DNA from: Azolla caroliniana
Lineage: Eukaryota > Plantae > Polypodiophyta
Direction: 5' to 3'
NCBI GenBank assembly: GCA_043228905.1
Contig: JBHGNT010000004.1
Coordinates: 7,192,001 to 7,256,000 of the forward strand
Length of the DNA stretch: 64,000 nt
In this document: positions 21,773 through 34,500 of the stretch, one piece after another
How positions within the stretch are numbered: position 1 is the first letter of the stretch
How the letters are laid out: every line of letters begins with the position of its first letter
Made by a program: the position numbers and the translations under genes
Notes under the pieces: generated by a model
Told to the model about the DNA's origin: nothing
Databases searched by the model: none
The model's input: only the letters and a program-made list of their open reading frames with translations

Positions 21773-23929
21773 AAAATCGGTATCCGAGTCAAGAGGGAGG
21801 CCTACTTACTTCTACTGTGGGAAGTCGGGGCACTTCCAGAACAACTGTCGGCATTTCCGGATAGAGAAAGAAACAAGCACCACTGATTCGAAGAAGAGTT
21901 CCGAACGGAACGGTTTGGAATGGAGAGGCCCGGATCAGAAAGGAATGTCGGCGATCTTGACAAGTGAAGAGAAACTAATGCTCATTACCGAGGAGAATGA
22001 GTTAAACATTGTTGGTGACAAGACAATGTGGGTTGTCGATTCCAGAGCGTCGTTCCACCTGACACTCTGGACCGAAGATGAGCTTCTCATCGTACACAGC
22101 TGGAGATCACAGTTGTGTCCGGATGGGCAATGAAGGTACATGCCGAATTCTCGGCATAGGAGATGTGTTGTTGACAACATCAACCGGATGCAAGCTACTG
22201 CTGAAGGATGTTTGACATGTTTCGGAGGTTCGACTGAACTTGATATTAGTCAGTCGGCTAGATGATGAAGGCTACACGGGTATCATCCGGAATGGAGTGA
22301 TGAAGTTCAGCAAGGGAAGCTTGATAGTGGCTCGAGCCCGGAAGATCAACACAGATATGCCGGGAAGAAGTACTAGATGAATGCCCATATATGTCGGGAA
22401 GAACTGAACGTAGCATCCGACATTGCCGGTGAGCTGTGGCACAAAAGACTGTGTCACATGAGTCAGAAGGGGATGAAGAGGCTTGCCGAAGAAAACCTCA
22501 TTCCGGTAAAGGTGTGCAACTTGAAAAGTGCACCGATTGCTTGGCCGGGAAGCAAAACTGAACCTCCTTCCAGTCAAGACCATCGATGAGACGGAATGCA
22601 CCACTGGAGCTGGTGCATACCGATGTGTGTGATGTGGACACGAAGTCACATTGCCAGATCGCACTACTTCGTCACGTTCATAGATGACCACAGCCGGAAG
22701 TTGTGGATCTCACCACTGAAGACGAAGGATGACGTTACCCAAGACATTTTGGGCTGAGGCGCTGATGATGGTGACCTATGTAATAAACAGATCACCCTCA
22801 GCACCCTTGGAAGGAGACTCACCTCAGAAAGTATGGACCGGCAAAGATGTATCTTATGTGCATGTGGTGAAGGACAAGAGAGCAAAGCTGGATCCGAAGT
22901 CTAGGCCATGCATATTCCTTGGATACGGAGATGATGAGTTCGGTTACCGGGTGTGGGATTTGGTCGGCAAGAAGGTGTTCCGGAGTCGGGACAGGACCAT
23001 TGCCGACTGGGAGTTGGAGAAGAAGACCGGCTTGAGGACACAAGGATATACCCGGTTGAAAACCGGATGTTAGCTAGTAACCGGATGGCACTCGACGAAC
23101 CAGTCAGATACAGACAAGAAACCGAACCGACCGAAGAAGAAGAAGAAGAAGAAGGTGACACAGGAACCGGACAAGATCCCGAATCGGTTTCGGATAAGGA
23201 ACAAACAGAGGAACCAGTAGTTAGAAACCATGCATGGAGATATCCTCTCCGGGAGAGAAGAGCCCCCCAGAGATTTCCGGATGCAGAGCACGTTGTCGTG
23301 AAGAAAACCGTCCACAAGCGGAATCGGTGCACCGGAGCGTAGGAACCGGCTCTTCATACACGTACGCCTTATGTTGTACATAGAAGATCCTAGGTAGGAA
23401 GATTCGGTAGGTAAGAAGTTAATAGGAAACGGCTCCCTTCTTGCCTATAAAAGGAGGGAGACGAGGAGGAGGAAGGGATCGCGGAGAGTCGAGGACGAAG
23501 TGCTGTCGGTTTGTGGGCGAAGGCTTCTCTCTCTCTCTGGCTCGGATACTCTGTAGCTCCTTTCTGTGCAGGTTTTTGGGAGGCTCGCACTGCTCTGAGG
23601 AATGCCCGAGTGCTTCCGGCAGCACCTCCAACCTACTCCTTTCTTTCTGAGCGTTTGCGAACAGGTATCAGCATCTGTTTGCCGGCCTGTTCGGTTGTAA
23701 CCGACTTCGTGTTTTTGTTGTTTGTCTCTGTTAATATATACATACATTCCTTCGTGTCTCTCTGTGTTGGTTTCCCGCTCGCGTCTTCGTGTCGAAGGGC
23801 CGTGTCCCTGTGGATCTACGCTCGCACCTAGTGGGTCTCTTCCCATCTCCTTTCTCTCCTGCTCTTCGGTACAAGACCCCCGAGGTCCCGCCTCATTCCA
23901 CGCATCCGCGAGGAATACCTCGACATCTT

Positions 23930-23947
23930 TGGTGAACCCGACGTGAA
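23930..23947 (+). other. Primer binding site complementary to tRNA-Trp
   Basis: TGGTGAACCCGACGTGAA, 4 nt after the LTR. Its reverse complement TTCACGTCGGGTTCACCA matches the 3' end of plant cytosolic tRNA-Trp(CCA) as I recall it. Confidence 0.8.
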
Positions 23948-23969
23948 GGAGGCGGCAGAAGAGCAGAAG

Positions 23970-26063
23970 ATGAAAGGGTCGGATCTTGCGGAGGCCGTGG
24001 CTTCGGCCGTGGATCGGATATTGAGCGCACGCGAGGGCACCGGCGCCCTCGACAGAGCCATTGAGGCGGTCGTCGGTACGATCGGCCGGTTCAGCGGAAA
24101 GGATGCCACGAAGTATTTTGCGTCCTACGGGGCAGAAATGCTGATGCGGGACATTCCGGAAGAGAGGCATCTTGCCGGGTTCCCTCGAGTGGCGATGCCG
24201 AGCATCCATGCGGAGGTGCTCGAGGTGCGGGCGGAGAGCCGTACCTAGGAGGAGTTCGAAGGTCGACTCCTAGAAAAATACGGGCTGGACGACGCGCTCC
24301 GGCTTTCGAAACGAGACTTCATGGAGTGGGTGGAGTCCCTCGGCAAGGGAAGAAACGCGTCGGCACTCCTCCGGGAGTTCGAAGAACGCTTTGCGCGCCT
24401 TTCGGCGCTTGACCGAACCGTTCTGGATACGAGCCGGGTCCTACTGTTCGTAAAGTTGTTGGACGAGCGGGACCGGGATCAAGTCGGCTCCTTGCTGGAA
24501 ACCGAAGACGGGCTGACGACCGACTGTGCTGCGGTTAAGAGAGTCTGTGGCCGTTTCGACAAACGGCGAGAATGGGCTGATAACGGGGCGGCCGGTGCGG
24601 GCTCTGTCACAGCAAGGAGGCTTGAACCGGCACCGCAAGGGCGAAGGGAAGAAACCCGGGAATGGCTCGAAACCTGTCCGGCTTCAACCGGCATGGTCAG
24701 TTGCTCGTCCGGAGGAGCAGCGCTGGAGGAGTTGACGCGGGCGATAAAGGATCTCCAGATCGCCCAGACTCGAAGGGAAGGCGGCAAACCGGCTCGTGAC
24801 CGACGGCCGGCAGCAGGGAACAGGTGCATGTGGTGCGACGAGGTCGGCCACATCCGGAAGGACTGCGGTGATTTCGCAGAAGCGTTGAGGAACCGGGTGG
24901 TGTACTTGTGGGAAGGCCGGGTGCACGCCGGCAACATCAGAAGGGCCCTAAACCGAAACAACGGACGAGGAGGTATGAAGAGACTGATGGAAGAGTCAGC
25001 GGCCCGACACGTGGAGGCCATCCACTACTCGGCATCAGCCGGTTTTCGGGTCAGGGGCAGCGAGGCTATGCTGGAAGGTCTTGCCGGCGCACGGCTAAGG
25101 AAAGACGAAACGGACCGTGCTGAGAGACGGGTCCGGGAAATAACCGGGTGGAGCAATCCGGTCGAGGAGAAGACGGGCTTCGTAGAAGCCACCTACCGGA
25201 ACTACGAGGCTCTGGTAGAAGACAAACGAGTGGGGAAAGCCGGAGCGGCCGGGCCCTCACAACGGTACGAGACCCGATTCGGGCAACGACGGAACGATGC
25301 CGGTGGGTCCAGCTCGCAAGATAACCCCAGGAAGGGCGGATACCGACTGGGGACGGAAATAGAAAGGACCACGGACCTACGAAAGGTCCTAGAAGAACGG
25401 ATCCTCGACAGCAAAGTGGAGCTGTCATTGTGGGAGATGCTAGGGATTGCCAAGAAGGAGTTCCACGACTCCATTGTAGACTTGGTGAAACGGAAGAGGC
25501 TGTCGACGGAGACGGAACCGGAAAGGCCGGTGGAGGTGCGGACGATGCACATCGACGACATGGCGATGGAAGACAAGTGGGCGGAGAGCCACTATTCGAG
25601 GCCACACTGGGCCCGAGCGACCACGGAGACCCCGGTAAAGATCGGAGATGTTCAGGAACCGGTGGTGGCATTGGTGGACCACGGTTCGGAAATAAACCTA
25701 ATGTCCATGGACTTCTATAAGAAGGGAAAGTGGCCGATCAACACCAAGCACGGGTGGAAGATACGGGCGGCGACGCGTGCCACCGAGGAACTGCACGGGG
25801 CCTGCCCGAACGTGCGAGTCAAGATCGGCGACATCGAGATTGACCATCACTTCTTCGTACAGGAGACGTCCTCGCACCCGGTCATATTAGGGGAACCATA
25901 CATCACAGCAGCGCGAATGGAGACCAAGGTGCTGGACAACGGTTCGGCCTACGCGAGGGTCAAAAGCCAGGACGGGCGCCATTCGGTTCAATTTCTGACG
26001 GTGCGGCCGAACAACGAGAGAAACCGCAAATCCCTCGGTGGCGAGAACCGGGAGGATTTTTAG
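23970..26063 (+). pseudogene. Gag-protease ORF of element B (one premature TAG at 24246-24248)
   Basis: FSGKDATKYF, CMWCDEVGHIRKDC, VALVDHGSEINLM and ILGEPY. ORFs 23943-24248 and 24321-26063 are in the same frame. Confidence 0.9.
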
Positions 26064-26120
26064 AGAGGGCTGCCAAGGCGTGGGGCCAAGACAGCCCGGA
26101 CACTCGGGAAAGACCCCACG
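26054..26120 (+). other. -1 frameshift signal G_GAU_UUU + H-type pseudoknot between protease and RT
   Basis: Heptamer 26054-26060 sits directly before the TAG. S1 is GGGCTG (26067-26072)/CAGCCC (26092-26097); S2 is CGTGGGG (26079-26085)/CCCCACG (26114-26120). RT is in the -1 frame. Confidence 0.8.
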
Positions 26121-29100
26121 ACTGTACGATAGAACCGAAACCGAAGGAACCCTGTACGATAGGTAGGAAATTTTGCTTCTCCAACAACGGAGGGTGTATG
26201 ATAGTCGGCATCGTATGCTGAGAAAAGACAAGGGCGGAAGTGCGACTTCGAGCGTGCGGAGTTCTCGGCCCGGATGAGGAAATCAGCGGAGCCGTGGAGG
26301 CGGTCTCCTTCGACGACACCTTGGGAATGCTGAGGGAGGTAGCCGGAGAAGACCTTAACGAAGACCGGACGATACCGGTATGTTCCGAAGAGATGTACGA
26401 AGTCATCGCGAACTTCAGCCAGGGGCTCCGGTCAGATCAGACGGCCTGAGTTAGCACGAAGTACAAGAGTGTGGACCGGAAGGTAAGGCCCGTCGCGGCA
26501 CCCTTACCGGAGGGCAGCGAGTCCCGAATCAGAGGGGTTGCGTCGGACTCCAGTTTACGAGATCCGGCCTGCATAGGACACACCTTCACCGACGGGACGC
26601 TCCGGGAGCTCAAGATCGGTGGGGGTGGGTTCCTACTGCCGGCGGAGGAAGACCGGTTTCGGAGAATGCTCGGAAGGCACGGGAAAGCCTTCGCATTCTC
26701 GCCGGAAGAGATCGGGTGCGTAGACCCGACAATCGTGGAGCCGATGGTGATATTCACGGTACCGCATGTGCCATGGAATCTCAAGCCGATTCCGGTACCA
26801 AGAGTTCACATCCCGGAGTTGATGGAGCTACTAAGGCAAAAAGTCGATATGGGCATTCTCGAACCGTCGAGCGCGCCATACTCGAACCGATGGTTTACCG
26901 TACCAAAGAAAAACGGAACATTTCGCTTCATTCAGGACCTGCAGCCGGTCAACAGAGTGACCATTCGGAACGCAGGAATCGGACCGACCATAGACGAGTT
27001 CGCGGAGGCCTTCGCCGGAAGGTCGATTTACTCGGTCGGTGATCTGTACTCGGGGTACGACCAGTTCCAGCTAGCCGTGGAGAGCAGAGACATTACGACG
27101 ATGCGAACTCCCCTCGGCCTAGTGCGAATGTGTACCCTGCCACAAAGAGGGACCAACTCGGTGGCCCACATGGTGAATGCAATGAACAAGGTACTGAGGG
27201 ATTGCATCCCGGACATCACCATGCCATTTCTGGACGACATCCCGATAAAGGGGTGCCCGGTGGAAGAGAAGGACGAGACAGTCGGGCAGGACGGATGCCA
27301 GCGATTCGTGGCAACACACATCGACGACTGCGAGAAGGTGCTACAAAGGCTAGAGGATGCGAGTCTCACCTTCTCCGGGGAGAAATCGGCCTTCGGGCAA
27401 TCAAAAATCTTGGTGGTCGGACACCTGTGTGGACCGTATGGCCGGAAGCCGTCTCCGGCAAAAGTAGGAGCCATCTCCGCGATGAAGACCGACTGTAGCT
27501 CGGTTACGAAAGTTCGGAGGTTCCTGGGGGCATGCGCGTTCTACCACATATGGATCCCGCATTACGCCTACGTTGCGGAGCCGCTATACGGGTTGCTGAA
27601 GAAAGGGCGAAAATTCGAGTGGCAAGACGAGCACACGGAGTCGGTCCGGAAGCTGAAGGAAGCTCTTGCGGCAGCACTGGCGCTCCGGAAGGCTGTCTAC
27701 GAGAAGGGTACCCCGGTATACATAACGGTGGATACGAGTCCGACCGGGATCGGATGGGTCATCAACCAAGAAGACGAGGACGGCATTCGGTTCCCGATCC
27801 GATTCGGTGCGAAGGTCCTCAGTGAGCGACAGCGAGGGTACGCCCAGGTTAAACGCGAACTCTGGCGTATCGTTTCGGCAGTAAAGGCCGACAAAGACTA
27901 CCTGATCGGGACGGAAGTGATTATCGAGACGGATTGCCTGCCAATTCTCGGCATGGTTTCCGGATGCGCGACACCGGACCTAGCGATGCTCAGGTGGATA
28001 GCGTACATCAAGTCCCTGGACCCGGAAATACGACACATTTCTGGAAAGGACAACGCCATGGCCGACATGCTTTCGAGGGCGAGGTTTGATAACGAGGGCG
28101 GCATGGTTTCGGAGGACGAAGAAGTCGGCGTGGACTTCTTCGAGGCGGCGTATGTGACGACCGATGGGACGAGCACTCCGGCACTTAACGACTTCGACGA
28201 GAGCCAGTACGACGGTGAGTGGCTCCAGATCGGTTGATTTTTGAGGACAATGACGCCGGATGCGTCATGGACGAAGGACGAGGCCAACCGGATCCGGAAG
28301 AAAGCTTACCAATTCTTTCTCCGGGACGGATACTTATGGAAGCACCCGAAGAAGAGGAACGGCGTCCCGCTCCGGGTGGTGGCGATGAAGGAAGAACAGG
28401 AGGAGCTACTGATGGCCTACCACGACAGCCCTTGGGCCGGACACCGTGGAATGTGGGCCACATTCGAGAAGATAAAGGGGAAGTACTGGTGGTCGGGACT
28501 GTACCGGGACGTGCATCGGTTCGTGACAACTTGCGAGAGCTGTCAGATGCACTCCATAGTCCGACACCGGGACGAGCTTCACCCTACGTACCCTTTGACC
28601 ATCCACTTCAAATGGATGGTAGATCTGGTGACGATGTCGATGGGCGTAGGACAGATGCGGTATCTGGTCCTAGCTCGGGAAGATCTGACGAACCAGGTGG
28701 AAGGCCGAGCCCTTCAGAACAAAACGACTGCGGCCGTATGTCGGTTCCTGATTGAGGACGTGATATGCCGGTACGGGTGCGTCGGGAAGATCGTGGCTGA
28801 TCGCGGGGAGTTGGACGCCGAAGAGGCCGAGGAGTTGTTCGACCGGCTAGGAGTCAAGCTCTCGCTCACCACTGCATACAATCCGGAGGCGAATGGGAAG
28901 GTGGAGCGCGGACACGGACCGATCGTCAAGGCGTTAGTTCGGGCATGCGGGGGTCAAGTCGGGAACTGGCCACGGCTGCTGCCTTACGCGTTGTGGGCTG
29001 ACCGAACTACGCACAGTTCGGTAACCGGATTCATGCCGACAGAGCTCATGTTTGGGCAGAAGCCGGTCATGCCGATGGAACGTACGATCTCCTCGTGGGC

Positions 29101-29557
29101 AACCATGGACTGGAGAGACGAGATGAACCGGGAAGAACTGTTGACAGCGCGCATACGGCAGCTCGAGCGAAGACCGGAGGACGTGGAGCAGGCTGCAGAA
29201 AAGCTTCAGGTGGCAAGGACGAGGAACAAGGCCCGGTTCGACCAGACGCACCGGCTCCGACCGAAGAAGATCGAGGAAGGCGATTGGGTGCTAGTCTACG
29301 ACAGTAGCCTCGACAACCAACACCGACCGACACGGAAGTTCGCAAGAAGGTGGTTCGGGCCTTACGTGGTACAAAGCGCCAACGACAACGGGACATACCA
29401 TCTGGCGGAACTCGACGGCACGAGAATGGCGATACCGGTAGTTGGGAAGCGGATCAAAGCGTTCAAGAAGCGTCACGACGACGAGCCGGATCCCGATAAC
29501 CTGGACCGGGACGACGAACGATCCGAAACCGAAGAAGAACCGACGGGCGGGGAATAA
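26060..29557 (+). pseudogene. RT-RNase H-integrase ORF of element B (three in-frame TGA stops at 26219, 26447, 28235)
   Basis: TKYKSVDRKVRP, PFLDDIPIKG, VDTSPTGIG, H..H..CESC, WMVDL/ADRGEL/GKVERG and RWFGPY, all in a single frame. Confidence 0.92.
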
Positions 29558-30999
29558 AGGCTGAAACCGCACATATGAATTGGTGGAGTTGGCGAAAGGA
29601 AAGAGGGCACTCCGGAACAAGTGGGTGTAGAAGCTGAAACCGGGAGATGCCAGAAATCCACCAAGGTCTAAGGCCCGAATTGTGGTGATGGGCTTCCAAC
29701 AGAAGAAAGGACTGGACTTCGATAAGATCTTTGCCCCGATAGTAAAGATAACATCCATCCGGACGGTATTGGGCATAGCGGCAAGCATGGACCTCGAGGT
29801 AGAGTAACTAGACATGAAGACGATGTTCCTACATGGCGACCTCGATGAGGAGATCTACATGCATCAACCTGGTGTGCCGGCTGAAGAAGAGCTTATACAG
29901 ACTAAAGCAAGCTCCCCGGCAATGGTACCAAAAGTTTGACTCCTTCATGACCGACCAAGCGTACCACAAAATGGAAGCCGATCACTGCGTGTTTGCGAAG
30001 AAATTTGACAGAGGAGATTTCCTGATACTCCTCCTATATGTGGATGATATGTTGATCGTCAAACGAGACCAAGGCAGGATTCAGATGCTGAAGAAGGCCC
30101 TGAGCCAAACCTTCTCAATGAAAGGCTTGGGTCCGGCAAGTCAGATATTGGGAATGCACATCATCCGGGACCGGTCGAAGAAGCTATTGTGGTTATCACA
30201 GGAGAAGTATGTGACAAAGGTGCTTCAACGGTTCAACATGTCGGAGGCGAAACCGGTCAGACTGACACTTCCGGCAAATTGCACGCTATCCGGAAAACAA
30301 AGCCCGAGTACAAAGGCGGAGAAGACAAATATGATGAAGATACCATATGCCTCTACCTTTGGGAGCTTGATGCATGCGATGATATGTACCCGATCGGATA
30401 TCGTATATGCAGTCGGAGTGGTGAGCTGGTTCATGAGGAATCCAGGAAGAGAGCACTGGAACGTGGTCAAGTGGATACTCTGGTATCTGAAAGGCACAAG
30501 TATGTGCCTCCGGTTTGGCTCCGGTAATCCCCAACATGACAGATTCACGGATTCGTATATGTCGCCTGATGTGGATACTAGTTGGTCTACATCCGGATAT
30601 GTCATGACTTATGCAGGGGGAGTTGTTTCGTGGCAATGCAGGCTGCAGAAGACGGTTGCGTTGTCAACCACGGAGGCGGAGTACATGGCAGTTGTAGAAG
30701 CCGACAAGGAGATTGACGGGAACTTGTCGTTCCTTATGTCCAACGCTCGGCCACAACCGAGATTCTTTTCATACACAAAAAACGGGAAATAGAACACGAC
30801 ACACATAGGAGAAATGGTACACACACACTACACAGGAGGTTAACGTGGAAAACCCCAAACTGGAGGAAAAACCACGGCAGCCCACAGGCTGCAAACTGTC
30901 ACTATGTATGAATGTACAAAATAGTGAGTTCTCGGAGGCAACGACCTCGGACTCATGCTCTTCGCCACAGGCGGCGGTTACAACAGAGGCAACAACCTC

Positions 31000-31036
<37 letters not shown>

Positions 31037-31197
31037 CAGTTACGCACTCTCTCTTCTTCTTGCACCAACAAGGAAGAATGACAACAACAACTAAAAGTTT
31101 GCCCTAAGTCATATTTATACTAATATGACTTTTCGGCTATTTACAAATATAGCCTCGATGGGCTCTCAGAAACATATTTACGAATATGTCCCTTCCT

Positions 31198-31413
31198 CCG
31201 GTTCATACCGGGCCTGCACCATTCGGCTCTCCGTAGCCGGGTACTCCTCATCCGGTTCATACCGGGCCTGCACCATCCGGCTCTCCGTAGCCGGGTACTC
31301 CTCATCCGGTTCATACCGGGCCTGCACCATCCGGCTCTCCGTAGCCGGGTACGCCTCATCCGGTTCATACTGGGTCTGTACCATCTGGCTCTCCGTAGCC
31401 GGGTCCTCCTCAT
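31198..31413. repeat. 54-bp tandem array in U3 (4 units here; 5 units at about 36049-36318)
   Basis: Unit CCGGTTCATACCGGGCCTGCACCATCCGGCTCTCCGTAGCCGGGTACTCCTCAT; it produces the 18-aa periodic ORFs in the track. Confidence 0.93.
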
Positions 31414-31501
31414 ACGGTTTCGGCCTCGGCCGAGTTTGTTCATCGGCACTGTTCTTCTTCCTTCCCATCCGGAGGGACCTGTTTCCCAACAAACTCCCCC
31501 T

Positions 31502-34500
31502 TCACTCCGGCATGGGGTGTCTTACCAGCCCGATCCTCTTCCGACATGCGTCCAGCTTGTCGGGTGTCAGCACTTTGGTCAGCATATCTGACCCGTTCTC
31601 AGCCGTGTGGATCTTCGTTAGTGCGAACTCCTGGTCATCTACTCTTTCCCGGATCCAGTGATACCTCCGCTGGATATGCTTCGTCCGGGAATGGTAGGCC
31701 GCATTCTTAGCAAGGTGGATGGCACTTTGACTGTCGCAATAGAGTCGGTATTCCTCTTGCTGTATACCGAGCTCTCCGATGAAGTCCTTCATCCATAATA
31801 TTTCCTTGCCGGCTTCCACAGCCGCCATGTACTCCGCCTCTGTGGTTGACAATGCAACCACCTTCTGCAGCCTCGACTGCCACGAAACAGCTCCCCCTGC
31901 ATATGTCATCACAAACCCGGATGTAGACCTGCTGGTATCCACATCAGCCGACATGTCCGAATCGGTGAAACCGTCCAGTTGAGGTTTTCCGGAGCCAAAT
32001 CAGAGACACATATTTGAAGTGCCCTTCAAATACCGGAGTATCCACTTGACCGCGTTCCAGTGCTCCTTGCCGGGATTGCTCATAAACCGGCTCACCACTC
32101 CGACTGCGTATCCAATGTCCGGTCGGGTACAAACCATTGCGTACATCAAGCTCCCGACGGCAGAGGCATATGGAATCTTCATCATATCCGCCTTCTCTGC
32201 TTTCGTCTTCGGGCTTTGCTTACCGGATAGCTTGCAGTTTGCCGGAAGTGTCGATCCGACCGGTTTCGCTTCTGACATGTTGAACCGGTGAAGCACCTTT
32301 GTCACATACTTCTCCTGTGACAGCCATAATTGCTTCACTGACCGGTCCCGAATGATGTGCATCCCCAACATCTGTCTTGCCGGACCTAAGTCTTTCATTG
32401 AGAAGGTCCGGTTTAGAGCCTTCTTCAGCTTCCGTATTTTGACTTGGTCACGTCCGATGATCAACATGTCATCCACGTATAGGAGGAGTATTAGGAAGTC
32501 CCCTCCTTCGAACTTCTTCACAAACACGCAGTGATCGGCCTGCGTCTTGTGGTACCCTTGATCGGTCATGAAAGAGTCGAACTTCCGGTACCATTGCTGG
32601 GGAGCCTGCTTCAGTCCGTACAGGGTCTTCTTCAACCGGCATACCAGGTGCTCCTTCCCTTTCTCCACAAATCGTTCCGGTTGCTGCATGTAGATCTCCT
32701 CTTCGAGGTCGCCGTGAAGGAATGTCGTCTTCACGTCCAACTGCTCTACCTCGAGGTCCATGCTTGCTGCTATACTCAGCACCGTCCGGATGGAGGTCAT
32801 CTTTACTATCGGGGCAAATATCTCGTCGAAGTCCACGCCCTTCTTCTGCTGGAACCCCTTCACCACGATCCTGGCTTTGTATCTTGGGGGGTTGCCGGCA
32901 TCTCCTGGTTTCAACTTGTACACCCACTTGTTTCGGAGTGCCCGCTTTCCTTTCGGCAGCTCCACCAATTCGTACGTATGGTTCTCATGCAGGGAATCCA
33001 TCTCGTCCTGCATGGCACTTAACCATTTTCGGCTGTGGGTGTCATCCTCCGCTTCTTCGAAGCTTTCCGGCTCCCCCTCATCGGTCAGCAGAACATGCTC
33101 TGCACCCGGAAATCTCCGGGGCGCCCTTCTCTCTCTGAGAGGATATCTCCGTCTTCGGGCTTCGGTAACCGGCTCCTCCATTTGCTCTTCATCCGAATCT
33201 GGTTCGGAGTCTTGGCCGGTTCCGGTCTCAACTTCCTCTACTTCTTCTTCTGCCGGTTGAGTATACTCATCATAACCGGCTAGTTCCTCGAGTGTTGACC
33301 GGTCTCTTGCCGGTTGGGTCTGCTCATTGTAGAGTCTATCCTTACCGGTCGACTCGGAGTTCATTATCTTCTTCTCCGACTCCTAGTCGGCGAGCCTCTT
33401 GTCCTCCATGAAGATAATATCTCGACTCCGGAATACCTTCTTCTCGACCGGGTCCCACACTCGGTAGCCGAACTCATCGTCACCGTAACTGAGGAATATG
33501 CATGGCCGGGTCTTTGGATCTAGCTTTCCTCTCCAGTCCTTAGCTACATGCACGTACACGAGACACCCGAACACCTTCAGATGCCGGTAGGATACTTCCT
33601 TACCGGTCCACACTCTATGTGGCGTATCTCCGTCCAAGGGTATTGAGGGTGATCTATTTATCACGTATGTCGCCGTCGACAGTGCCTCAGCCCAAAACTT
33701 CTTGGGTAGTTTTGCATGCGCTAGCATACTCCGGACCCTCTCCATTATGGTCCGATTCATCCTCTCGGCCAGTCCGTTTAGTTCCGGCGTCTTCGGCACG
33801 GTAAATTCGAGCCGGATTCCCTTCGAGTGGCAGTACTCCTCGAACTGCCCCCGGTACTCTTCTCCGTTATCTGCTCGAACCGCCTTCAGCTTCCGACCGG
33901 TTTCTCTTTCCACTCTCGCGTGGAGCTCCTTGAAGACGGATAACACCTGATCCTTTGTCTTCAACAATGCGTCCCACAGCTTCCGGCTGTGGTCATCTAT
34001 GAACGTCACGAAGTACTGCGCTCCAGCATGTGACTTCGTGTCTACTTGACACACATCCGTATGCACCAACTCCAGTGGTGCATTACGTATCATCGGTGGC
34101 CTTGGTCAGAAGGAGGTCCGGTTCTGCTTACCGGCCAGACAATCAGTGCACTTCTCTAAGTGCACGTTCTTCACTGGAATGAGGTTGTCGTCTGCAAGCC
34201 TCTTCATCCCCTTCTCGCTCATATGACACAGCCTCTTGTGCCACAGCTCACCGGCAGTGTCGGATGCCGCGTTCAGTTCTTCCGGACATAACTGGGCATT
34301 CATCATGTACAACGTGTTTACCTTCCGGGCCCGAGCCACAATCAGGCTCCCTTTGCTGAACTTCATGACACCGTTCCGGATGCTACTCGTGTAGCCTTCA
34401 TCATCTAGCCGACCGGCTGATATCCGGTTCAGACGAACTTCCAGAACGTGTCGGACATCCTTCAGCAACAACTTGCATCCGGTTGGTGTTGTTAGCCACA

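Larger units (their letters stand above)
23294..29560 (+). mobile_element. Non-chromoviral Ty3/gypsy element B (Phygy/Ylt1-like motifs); 3' LTR lost
   Basis: LTR TGTCG...CGACA at 23294-23925, then PBS, gag-PR, RT-RH-INT. Copia RT sequence resumes a few bases after the integrase stop. Confidence 0.92.

Noticed and set aside
28235-28240. Programmed stop read-through between RNase H and integrase in element B
   Set aside because: A single TGA consistent with CGA>TGA deamination, like the other stops in the same frame; no read-through context is evident.
23445-29815. Long antisense and alternate-frame ORFs over element B and the copia elements
   Set aside because: They are shadow ORFs expected in GC-rich coding DNA, with no recognisable motifs.
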